From a virus (Duplodnaviria; Caudoviricetes): a stretch of DNA of 61,684 nt. Each line of letters begins with the position of its first letter. Within the stretch, counting starts at the first letter, position 1. The stretch is from positions 1 to 61,684 of IMG/VR virus record IMGVR_UViG_3300044698_000167. One strand, written 5' to 3'. The translations under genes and the position numbers were made by a program. The notes beneath the pieces were generated by a model. The model was not told the DNA's origin and ran no database searches. It saw only the letters and a program-made list of their open reading frames with translations. Shown here in pieces: positions 54,348 through 61,684 of this stretch.

Positions 54348-54770
54348 ATGACCAAGACCGAAGAGACCTACGCAGCCTGGCTGAACATCTTGGGCAGCGG
54401 GACCGTGCAGCCCCCGGCTGTGGCGCAGGACCTGCACGCGATGCACGACATGGCCCGGAGCACCTCTGCGGCCGAGCACCTGGCATCCGCGTACATGGAC
54501 GTGCTGCTGGCGCTGATCCCCCAGACCGGACCCGAGCAGGCCGCGGAGGCGGCCTGGGGGCTGGTGGCCGCAGCCCGCGCGCAGCACGTCCGCTACACCC
54601 CCGGGCTGCCGTTGGTGATCGACGGGGTGGACTGCTCCCCGGAGCACGTCCGCCTGCTGGAGGGCTACCGGGAGGACTACCGGCGCAGCGCTCTGGGCAT
54701 GGACACGGCCCCGCACTGGGTCGGCTGCCTGTGCAGCCAGACGTGCCGGGACCGGGGTGCGAGCGCATGA
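54348..54770 (+). CDS. Hypothetical protein
   Basis: RBS ggagg; high GC3. Confidence 0.65.
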   Translation: MTKTEETYAAWLNILGSGTVQPPAVAQDLHAMHDMARSTSAAEHLASAYMDVLLALIPQTGPEQAAEAAWGLVAAARAQHVRYTPGLPLVIDGVDCSPEHVRLLEGYREDYRRSALGMDTAPHWVGCLCSQTCRDRGASA

Positions 54771-54949
54771 GCGCTGCGCCGGTCCTTGCCTACCGGGTCC
54801 CGTACGGCGCGTACAAGCTCTGGCTGTGCCTGCGGTGCGCGAAGCCGTACCCGGAGGGCCCGGACAAGGAACCCGCAACCAGGCGCTGTTCGCCTTCAGC
54901 GCGAACGAGCTGCCAAAGAAAGATCCAGGGAAAGGCCGGGGAATCATGA
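54767..54949 (+). CDS. Small hypothetical protein containing a 39-bp copy of helicase sequence
   Basis: ATGA overlaps at both ends; CLRC. Confidence 0.45.
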   Translation: MSAAPVLAYRVPYGAYKLWLCLRCAKPYPEGPDKEPATRRCSPSARTSCQRKIQGKAGES

Positions 54950-55212
54950 GCAGTGACATACGCAGGGCCGCTGAATTCGCGGAGAAGCTGGCCGACGCGG
55001 GACACGACGCGTGGTCGATCGTGCAGGAACTGACGTACGCGGCGGACGCTGAGGAGTTCGGCTGGACGGGCGCGAGGCACTTCGGTACCGACGTCGGCCC
55101 GGTCCCGATGTCGGGAGAGGATGAGATCCGGTGGCGGATCGAAGTACTGATCGACGCGGACCGCAAGAAGACCGTGGCCAAGGAAGCGCTGTCGGAGGCA
55201 CTCGATGGCTGA
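54946..55212 (+). CDS. Hypothetical protein
   Basis: Coupled; high GC3. Confidence 0.6.
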   Translation: MSSDIRRAAEFAEKLADAGHDAWSIVQELTYAADAEEFGWTGARHFGTDVGPVPMSGEDEIRWRIEVLIDADRKKTVAKEALSEALDG

Positions 55213-56863
55213 CCATCTGGTTCTCAGGCCCTACCAGAGGGAGGCCATCGACGCGGTGACCGCTGCGTGGGCGGACGGGATCAGGCGCCCGGCGGTGGTC
55301 ATGGCGACCGGCCTAGGGAAAACGATCTTGTTCTCTGTGCTTGCGTCGGAGTTCATCGCGCGTACCGGGAAGCGTGTCCTGATCCTGGTTCACCGGGACG
55401 AGCTGGCCACGCAGGCGATGGACAAGGTGCACGGTGCCGCACCGCACCTGTCTGTGGGCAAGGTCAAGGCGCAGGACAACGACGTGCACGCTGATGTGGT
55501 GGTGGCGTCTGTGCAGACGCTGAGCCGTCCGTCCCGGCTCTCCCAGCTGCTGGAAGCGCAGGAGGCCGCCGGGCCCATCGGTCTGGTGATCCAAGACGAA
55601 GTCCACCACGGGGCGGCCCCTAGCTTCCGGAGCATCTACGACGCGTTCGGGTGCGGGGCAAAGGACGGAGCGCTGTTCCTCGGGGTGACCGCGACGCTGG
55701 CCCGGGGCGACGGGACCGGGCTGGGTTCCGTGGTCGACGACGTGGTGTACGAGAAGTCCATCGCGTGGGGGATCAGCAGGAAGTTCCTGTCCCCGGTGCG
55801 CGGGATCGCGGTGCGCACGCCCGGGCTGGACCTGTCCGGTGTGCGCACCTCCCGGGGCGACTACCAGGCTGAGGACCTGGGCCGTGCACTGGAGTCGTCC
55901 GGGGCCCTGGACATCCTGACGAAGGCGTACACCGAGCATGCGGCGGACCGGCCCGGGATCGTGTTCCTGCCCACGGTGGAGACCGCCCGGCACGCAGCGG
56001 ACAGCCTGACTGGAGCAGGCATCAGCACCGCGGTCGTCTCCGGGGCCACGCCCCGGGAAGAGCGCATCCGGATCTTCGAGGACTACCGGACCGGACGCGT
56101 GCAGGTGCTCAGCAATTGCATGGTCTTGACCGAGGGCTTCGACGCCCCGCACACCTCGTGCATCGTGGTGGCCCGGCCCACGCAGTCGAACCCGCTGTAT
56201 ATCCAGCTGGTAGGGCGCGGCACCCGTACGTACCCGGGGAAGACCGACTGCCTGGTCCTGGACGTGGTGGGCGCGGGCGCGTCGAACAAGCTGTGCACCC
56301 TGGTCGACCTGGAACCGGGGCTGTTCCCTGAGGCGGTCCCGTGCATTGAGTGCGACCGCATCCCGTGCCGCTGCCCGTGCGCAGGGTGCGGCGGCCCCCG
56401 CCCGTGCAGGGTGTGCGCAGGCGGGAGCGAGCTGGCCGCGGAGCGCGGGAAGACCGAGGAGACGGACCTGTTCGCGGGGTCCTCCCAGTCGTGGCTCACC
56501 ACCAGGGGCGGGCTCATGTTCGTCCCCGCCGGGGAGAGCGAGGTGCTGCTGTGGCCGTCGGAGAAGCCGGGGATGTGGGACGTGGCGCATGCGCCGAAGA
56601 CGGGCAAGTGGAGGCGGTTGCACGAGGCGATGCCGCTGGGTTCGGCGATGGCCTGGGCAGAGACGGATGCTGACGAGCTGGCCCCGTTCAATGTCAGGCG
56701 GACGGCCGCGTGGCGGAGGAAGAAGCCGAGTGAGGCGCAGCTGGCGTTCGCCCGGCAGCTGCGGGTGGTCCTGCCCGCCGATGTGCGCAGCGGTGATCTG
56801 GGTGACCTGATCTCCGTGGCGCTTGCGAGCAGGAAGCTGGACCGGTATCTGCCCCGTGTGTGA
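55205..56863 (+). CDS. SF2 DEAD/H-box helicase with Cys-rich insert
   Basis: LRPYQ; ATGLGKT; DEVHH; TAT; LTEGFD; QLVGRGTR. Confidence 0.92.
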   Translation: MADHLVLRPYQREAIDAVTAAWADGIRRPAVVMATGLGKTILFSVLASEFIARTGKRVLILVHRDELATQAMDKVHGAAPHLSVGKVKAQDNDVHADVVVASVQTLSRPSRLSQLLEAQEAAGPIGLVIQDEVHHGAAPSFRSIYDAFGCGAKDGALFLGVTATLARGDGTGLGSVVDDVVYEKSIAWGISRKFLSPVRGIAVRTPGLDLSGVRTSRGDYQAEDLGRALESSGALDILTKAYTEHAADRPGIVFLPTVETARHAADSLTGAGISTAVVSGATPREERIRIFEDYRTGRVQVLSNCMVLTEGFDAPHTSCIVVARPTQSNPLYIQLVGRGTRTYPGKTDCLVLDVVGAGASNKLCTLVDLEPGLFPEAVPCIECDRIPCRCPCAGCGGPRPCRVCAGGSELAAERGKTEETDLFAGSSQSWLTTRGGLMFVPAGESEVLLWPSEKPGMWDVAHAPKTGKWRRLHEAMPLGSAMAWAETDADELAPFNVRRTAAWRRKKPSEAQLAFARQLRVVLPADVRSGDLGDLISVALASRKLDRYLPRV

Positions 56864-56897
56864 TTTAATGAATCCAGGAACGACGGACGGAGGAACG

Positions 56898-57134
56898 ATG
56901 AACGAACCGTGTGAGAAGTGCGCCACCTGGGTCTGCGACGGGTGCGGGTGGAAGAAGACCCGGGCAGACCTCCGCGTGGGGCACGGATGTACCAGGTGCG
57001 GAGGCGTCGGGGGGACGTTCCGTGACAAGACCCACCGGGGCCCGTTCAGTTGCCCCGGGCTGACGGTGCACGAGCGGGACGCGATCCTGGTCAAGATGCG
57101 CGAGCTGCGAAGGAACCTGGCGGAGGAACGATGA
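56898..57134 (+). CDS. Cys-rich hypothetical protein
   Basis: AT-rich element and gacggaggaacgATG; CxxC x3. Confidence 0.6.
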   Translation: MNEPCEKCATWVCDGCGWKKTRADLRVGHGCTRCGGVGGTFRDKTHRGPFSCPGLTVHERDAILVKMRELRRNLAEER

Positions 57135-57277
57135 AACAAAAGCAGGGAACGTGCCGGGTGTGCGGGACGAAGCAGGATGTGATCCAGGGGCCGAACGGCC
57201 CCTGGATCGGACACCACCAGGTCCGATGGCCGACGTGGTGCAAGGGGAGCAAGAAGTCTCCGATGGAGGAACAATGA
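57131..57277 (+). CDS. Small Zn-ribbon protein
   Basis: ggaggaacgATG; CRVC...HH...CKGS. Confidence 0.55.
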   Translation: MKQKQGTCRVCGTKQDVIQGPNGPWIGHHQVRWPTWCKGSKKSPMEEQ

Positions 57278-57546
57278 GCGAGCAGCAGCCGGTCCCGGCA
57301 GAGAAGTTGCCCGGCAACTTCCGGGAACTCCCGGATGAACCGGTCAACCCCTCCGTCCCGAAGCGCACCGCGCAGTGCTGGGCGGACGAGATCCGGTCCG
57401 TGATCAGGCAGGCGGAAGAAGACGGGTACGCAGTATGGGCTGATACAACGCCCCCGCCCCCGTTCAATCACCGGACCTGGCTGAAGGTCGGGACGATGGA
57501 CGGCCCGGAGGACGCGGACCCGGTCGCATGGGAGGCAGGCCAGTGA
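57274..57546 (+). CDS. Hypothetical protein
   Basis: RBS ggagg; ATGA overlap. Confidence 0.55.
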   Translation: MSEQQPVPAEKLPGNFRELPDEPVNPSVPKRTAQCWADEIRSVIRQAEEDGYAVWADTTPPPPFNHRTWLKVGTMDGPEDADPVAWEAGQ

Positions 57547-59081
57547 ACGAACGCATCCTGCGACACGCGTGCCGGGCGTGCGACCGTACCGATCTCAGCC
57601 TCACGGCCAATGGACGCGTCCGCTCCCACGCTGCCGACGGCAGGCGCCCCGGCCCGGGTAACCCGAACTGCCCCGGGGGATCGGACCTGCCCCGGGGTAC
57701 CTACGCGGGCAGCCGTGGACTTGACGAGTCGGATTCCGCGTACGAGACCCGTGTCACTGCGTCCGGCGGACCGAACCCGCACCGGGTCCCGCTGCCCGAC
57801 CACACGCACCGGTTCGAGTGGGGTGACGATGACAACGGGCACAGCGGGGCGTTCTGCACCGTGTGCGGGTCACCTGAGCCCGACCCGCAGGCGGCGCACC
57901 CGCACGTGACAACCATGGACAGGGCTGTGGTCACCGGGTCCGGCGGGCTGGGCCCGTGGCGCGCCCCGCTGCCGACCGGCGGCCTGCCGCATGACACACC
58001 GACGGAGGAACCGAAGCCCGTGACGGCCAAGACAGCAGACGCGTTCGAGTCGGCCCCGGCCGCGAAGCCGGAACCGAAGCGCGACCGCTACGGAAGGTAC
58101 ATGCTCCCGCACCCGGTGACCGGGAAGCGGCAGGCATGGACCCGCGCCACGACCATGGCCAAATCGATCAGCGATACTTTCGCGCTGTCCCAGTGGTCCC
58201 AGCGCATGGCGCTGAAGGGCGCGGCGATGCGTCCCGACCTGGTGGCCATGGCGTCCACGCTGGATGTGAAGCGGGACAAGGACAGGCTCAACGGCTTGGT
58301 AGACCAGGCCAAGGACGCGGCCGGCCAGAAAGTATCCGCGAACCTCGGCACCGCGGTGCATGCTTTCACAGAATCCGTGGACGGGGGCGGAGCCCTGGAC
58401 GATGTGCCTACCGCGCACCGCCCGGACGTGTCCGCGTATCTGGCCGCGATGGCGGAAGCCGGGCTGCACGCGGTGCCGCACCTGATCGAGCGCATCACGG
58501 TCATCCCGCAGTTCGATGTGGCCGGGACATTCGACCGGATCCTCTGCACCAAAGACGGACAATACGTCACAGGGGATGTCAAAACTGGCAGGACGTTGGA
58601 ATACGGCTGGCAGGAGATCGCCATTCAACTCGCGTTGTACGCGCACGGGGTGAACACCTCGGGTGTGTACGACCTGAACGCTGACGTCTGGGAGGCAGCG
58701 CCGCAGGTCCGTACCGACTACGGCATCGTGATGCACCTGCCGGTAGGGACGAGCACGTGCACCCTGTACCGGGTCGACCTGACGCAGGGCTGGGCTGCTG
58801 CCACGCTGTGCGCGTCCGTACGGGACTGGAGGAAGACCCGGAACCTGGCACAGCCGTACGCGGTAGCTGAGGCGGACAGCAGTCCGTACCCGGTGGCCGC
58901 GGCTGTCCCTGTCCGTCCGCCCACCTGGGACGAGCGTTTCGCCGCGGTGTCTTCCCGGGGTGAAGCGGCGGCGCTGTACACGGAGGCGGCCGGTCAGTTC
59001 GGTTCCCGGTCCACTGAGCTGCACAGGCTGGTGAAGCTGGCACAGGACACGCTTGCATCACTGGAGGAGCGCGCCGGTTGA
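57543..59081 (+). CDS. RecB/PD-(D/E)XK recombination exonuclease with N-terminal Zn-ribbon extension
   Basis: RDRYGRY...TRATT...GTAVH...AGTFDRI...DVKTG...QLALYA. Confidence 0.85.
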   Translation: MNERILRHACRACDRTDLSLTANGRVRSHAADGRRPGPGNPNCPGGSDLPRGTYAGSRGLDESDSAYETRVTASGGPNPHRVPLPDHTHRFEWGDDDNGHSGAFCTVCGSPEPDPQAAHPHVTTMDRAVVTGSGGLGPWRAPLPTGGLPHDTPTEEPKPVTAKTADAFESAPAAKPEPKRDRYGRYMLPHPVTGKRQAWTRATTMAKSISDTFALSQWSQRMALKGAAMRPDLVAMASTLDVKRDKDRLNGLVDQAKDAAGQKVSANLGTAVHAFTESVDGGGALDDVPTAHRPDVSAYLAAMAEAGLHAVPHLIERITVIPQFDVAGTFDRILCTKDGQYVTGDVKTGRTLEYGWQEIAIQLALYAHGVNTSGVYDLNADVWEAAPQVRTDYGIVMHLPVGTSTCTLYRVDLTQGWAAATLCASVRDWRKTRNLAQPYAVAEADSSPYPVAAAVPVRPPTWDERFAAVSSRGEAAALYTEAAGQFGSRSTELHRLVKLAQDTLASLEERAG

Positions 59082-59180
59082 CATCCGGCCCGTGATTTAG
59101 GAAAATGAACGTGCGCGATCAGGGCACGCCCTGACCGTAGGGGCCCGGCTTCCAGCGGGTGCGGTATCAGGCTGGGAGAG

Positions 59181-59220
59181 CGGTACCGGGTCATACGCCT
59201 TGACCTATGACCCGGTACCG
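59181..59220. other. 15-bp perfect inverted repeat upstream of the tRNA-like gene
   Basis: cggtaccgggtcata / tatgacccggtaccg. Confidence 0.7.
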
Positions 59221-59241
59221 CGTACTACGCAGCAGCAGCAA

Positions 59242-59315
59242 GGGTGCGTGGTGTAATCGGGAGCTTCCCTCTGGTCGACAGAGGCACGGTGCGGGTTCGA
59301 ATCCCTCCGCATCCA
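59242..59315 (+). tRNA. Atypical tRNA or tRNA-like gene (nominal anticodon UCG, no U33)
   Basis: Acceptor GGGTGCG/CGCATCC; T loop GGTTCGAATCC; anticodon stem CCTCT/AGAGG with loop GGTCGAC; weak D stem; no encoded CCA. Confidence 0.7.
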
Positions 59316-59378
59316 CGGGGCGTATCCCCCGACAGAGACCGTCAGAGACAGATCAGCAGAACGAGAAAGAGGCAGAGC

Positions 59379-59861
59379 ATGAGCAGGGACCCGTTCTCCA
59401 GCGCCAGCAGCTTCGACAAGATCTCGGACCATTTCGGCCGACTCCTCCTGATCACCCCGGTGGAGCACGTCTTCGGAATCAAGACCGAGTACTCAACCCC
59501 GGAGAAGCCCACCACAGACGCGATCGACGCAGAGGTGGTGGTCCTCGATGGCCCCGACGCGGGTACCGGGTTCGAGTCCATGAGGATCTTCCAGGGACCG
59601 ATCATCTCCACCCTCAAGCGGGCCGCGAAGTTCAATGACGCGAACCCCGGCGGCGACCCGGCGACAGGCCGCCCCAAAATGATCCTCGGGCGTCTGGGCA
59701 GGGGTGAGGACAAGACGGGCAAGTTGACCCCGAACCTGTACGGCACGGCGGCAGACAAGCGTCCGTGGATTCTCCTGGCGCCCGCTGAGGCGGACAAGCA
59801 GCTTGCCCGTGACTACCTGGCCAAGGCCCCGGCTGAGCCTGCCAACCCGTTCGAGATGTAG
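59379..59861 (+). CDS. Conserved phage protein, possibly ssDNA-binding
   Basis: GRLLLITP...DAIDAEVVVLDG...LGRLG...PW; ends NPFEM; follows the exonuclease. Confidence 0.6.
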   Translation: MSRDPFSSASSFDKISDHFGRLLLITPVEHVFGIKTEYSTPEKPTTDAIDAEVVVLDGPDAGTGFESMRIFQGPIISTLKRAAKFNDANPGGDPATGRPKMILGRLGRGEDKTGKLTPNLYGTAADKRPWILLAPAEADKQLARDYLAKAPAEPANPFEM

Positions 59862-59880
59862 GACCTGATCACCCGCAGAC

Positions 59881-59920
59881 CAGCCCCTGTTCCGGATGAC
59901 GTGAGCCGGAACAGGGGCTG
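59881..59920 (+). terminator. Terminator-like hairpin
   Basis: cagcccctgttccgg / ccggaacaggggctg. Confidence 0.65.
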
Positions 59921-59969
59921 ATCCATGTGACGGTACCGTAAGTATAGGAACGAGACGACGGAGGAGACT

Positions 59970-60419
59970 ATGCCGATGACCAGTGCCCTGCCGGATGCCG
60001 GGGACGTGGGCCGCGACGGAGTGTGGGACCTGCCTACCGCAGAAGACCCGGTGACGGGGCGGTTCCTGGGGATGTCCTCCTCCTGGCGGGGGATGCACAA
60101 CCGGGGCACTGTCCACGAAGGCGGGTTCGCAGCCCCGAGGGGCGGGCCGTGCAGCGCGTGCCGCTGGTCGGTGTTCCGGGTCTTCAAGGAGGACAGCGGG
60201 TGGTACGCGATCCACCACACCGGGGTGTCTGTGGTGCCCGGGGAGACGATGCGGTTCCGGCACGAGCGGGTGCGCACCGCGTACGAGGTGGTGGAGTCGA
60301 TGACCACCCGCCGCGACCGGGCAGCGTTCCTGACAGTGGCCGCGGCCAGGGTACTGGCCCAGTGCGCGGCGTATGACGTGCCGCTGCGGGACGCGTATGA
60401 GAACCGTGCGGTGAGCTGA
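59970..60419 (+). CDS. Hypothetical protein
   Basis: gacggagg RBS; CSACRW. Confidence 0.7.
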   Translation: MPMTSALPDAGDVGRDGVWDLPTAEDPVTGRFLGMSSSWRGMHNRGTVHEGGFAAPRGGPCSACRWSVFRVFKEDSGWYAIHHTGVSVVPGETMRFRHERVRTAYEVVESMTTRRDRAAFLTVAAARVLAQCAAYDVPLRDAYENRAVS

Positions 60420-60466
60420 CCGCTGTGGTTTAATTAAATGAAAGCTCAGCGGCAGACGGAGGAATA

Positions 60467-61075
60467 GTGGACGTGCGGAATATCCCGGCAGCTCTGGCAC
60501 GCACTGTGGCGGAGCGGGAACACTACATGCACCGCAAACCCGTGGTGTCCTTCGCCTTCGGGCTGTTCGACGGAGACGACCTGGCGGGGATCTGCACACT
60601 GGGAACCCCTGCCAGCCGTCATCTCCAATCGGGTGCCTGCCCCTCGGACCCGTCCAGGGTCTTCGAGCTGAACAGGTTGTGGGTGCACGACCGGATGCCG
60701 GGGAATACCGAGTCGTGGTTCATCTCCAGGGTGCTCAAGCAGCTCCCGCCGCTGATCGCGGTGTCCTACGCAGACACGGTGCAGGGGCATATGGGCTACG
60801 TGTACCGGGCCTGTAACTTCCGGTACGCAGGGTGGACTGACATGGAGCGGAAGACCCCGAGATATGACTACCTGCCGGAGGACCCGGGGACGCACACACG
60901 GGACGCGTTCCGCAACGGGTACACGAGCCGGGTCAGGCGCCGCCCGAAGGTGCGGTACTGGACCGTGACCGGGAACCGGGCAGAGAGAAAGCATCTGCTC
61001 AGGCTGTCTGGCTGGCAGTCCCTGGACTGGAAGAAACTCCCGCCACCGGTAGAGCACGTGCATCACAGGCTGTAA
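60467..61075 (+). CDS. Mom-like DNA modification protein (GNAT fold)
   Basis: HYMHR...FGLF...ELNRLW...NTESWFISR...SYAD..QGHMGYVYRACNF. Confidence 0.8.
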   Translation: MDVRNIPAALARTVAEREHYMHRKPVVSFAFGLFDGDDLAGICTLGTPASRHLQSGACPSDPSRVFELNRLWVHDRMPGNTESWFISRVLKQLPPLIAVSYADTVQGHMGYVYRACNFRYAGWTDMERKTPRYDYLPEDPGTHTRDAFRNGYTSRVRRRPKVRYWTVTGNRAERKHLLRLSGWQSLDWKKLPPPVEHVHHRL

Positions 61076-61111
61076 TCGGTTAAGCTAAATCAACCGGCGA
61101 AGGGAGACATC

Positions 61112-61369
61112 ATGCCGCAGGAAACCACAGTGGCGCGGAAGCGCGGTCGGCCGCGTCCGTCGGAGACGAAGCAGCGGGACGCAGCGATCCTCACCCTGCT
61201 CCGGTCGGGCCCCCGGACCCGGAACCAGATCTGCAAGGAGACCGGGCTGGCCACGTCGATCGTGTACCTGTCCCTGGACAGGCTGCGAAGAGCAGACCTG
61301 GTGAAGCTGTGCCAGGGACCGGTAGCGGAACGTCTGTGGTCCACGGACGTGGACGGCCCGTGCCCGTGA
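61112..61369 (+). CDS. Winged-HTH DNA-binding protein
   Basis: RGRPRP...ILTLLRSGPRTRNQICKETGL...VYLSLDRLR. Confidence 0.75.
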   Translation: MPQETTVARKRGRPRPSETKQRDAAILTLLRSGPRTRNQICKETGLATSIVYLSLDRLRRADLVKLCQGPVAERLWSTDVDGPCP

Positions 61370-61371
61370 CC

Positions 61372-61406
61372 GACGAAACCCCCGGTGGACAGCCGGGGGT
61401 TTCGTC
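61372..61406 (+). terminator. Intrinsic terminator
   Basis: gacgaaacccccgg / ccgggggtttcgtc followed by tt. Confidence 0.75.
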
Positions 61407-61467
61407 TTGTGCGCTCGGCCAGTCTCTGATTAAATTAATTCAAGGACACCGACAGACGGAGGAACCC

Positions 61468-61684
61468 GTGAACGTATTGACACAGCGGCTGCGCCTTGCC
61501 GCTGATTACCTCGGCGAGCACGGCTGGGCCCAGGGAGCAGAGCTGGATGACGGCCGTGTCTGCCTGACCGGTGCGATCCGTTACTGCGCTCCGCAGACAG
61601 GGGATGAGTACGTGATCCGCGCCGTACTGCGCAGCCGGGGTACAGCTGAGTCCTGGAACGACACGGAGACGCGCACCGAAGCCG
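61468..61684 (+). CDS. 5' part of junction-spanning protein (213 aa in total)
   Basis: gacggaggaacccGTG; HGWAQG...VCLTGAI...WND..RT; continues into 1..440. Confidence 0.85.
   Translation, partial: MNVLTQRLRLAADYLGEHGWAQGAELDDGRVCLTGAIRYCAPQTGDEYVIRAVLRSRGTAESWNDTETRTEA
61670..61684. repeat. 15-bp terminal direct repeat (right copy)
   Basis: Identical to 1-15. Confidence 0.95.

Noticed and set aside
51484-54914. Short exact duplications as a diversity-generating retroelement or retron
   Set aside because: No reverse transcriptase is present and the copies show no adenine-specific differences.
57543-59081. Exonuclease as a Cas4 partner of the mini-array
   Set aside because: It is the usual phage RecB-like recombination nuclease in a replication context, lacks the C-terminal Cys cluster of Cas4, and lies 31 kb from the array.
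59078-59106. TTGACA promoter upstream of the tRNA-like gene
   Set aside because: No convincing -10 at 16-18 nt spacing, so it was left uncalled.

Overview
This looks like a complete, circular ~61.67 kb genome of a very GC-rich actinobacterial tailed phage, most likely infecting Streptomyces. Bases 1-15 are identical to 61670-61684, and one ORF reads cleanly across the junction. The minus strand carries a siphovirus morphogenesis operon resembling mycobacteriophage cluster B (TerL, portal, 2H-phosphoesterase/MuF/protease fusion, two capsid proteins, tail genes, amidase endolysin). Replication and recombination genes are PolA, a primase-SF3 helicase, an SF2 helicase, a RecB-like exonuclease and RuvC. 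I recognise no integrase, ParA/ParB or plasmid Rep. Unusual cargo: (1) a Streptomyces-plasmid-type conjugation module (Spd-like membrane proteins and an FtsK-like TraB) with three arrays of a 13-bp GGACAGGACAGCC repeat, a candidate clt; (2) a cas-less type I-E CRISPR mini-array with 2 spacers, inserted antisense in the tail operon and preceded by the same 18-bp AT-rich element as the conjugation operon; (3) a ~155-bp iteron-like element present twice, one copy beside two perfect inverted DnaA boxes; (4) a sugar-synthesis/glycosyltransferase cluster between the putative TerS and TerL; (5) counter-defence candidates (Tad2/DUF2829, Mom-like, WYL) and an aberrant tRNA-like gene. Working hypothesis: a conjugative phage-plasmid that borrows host Cascade. 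All family assignments come from motif recognition by eye; no database searches were run.
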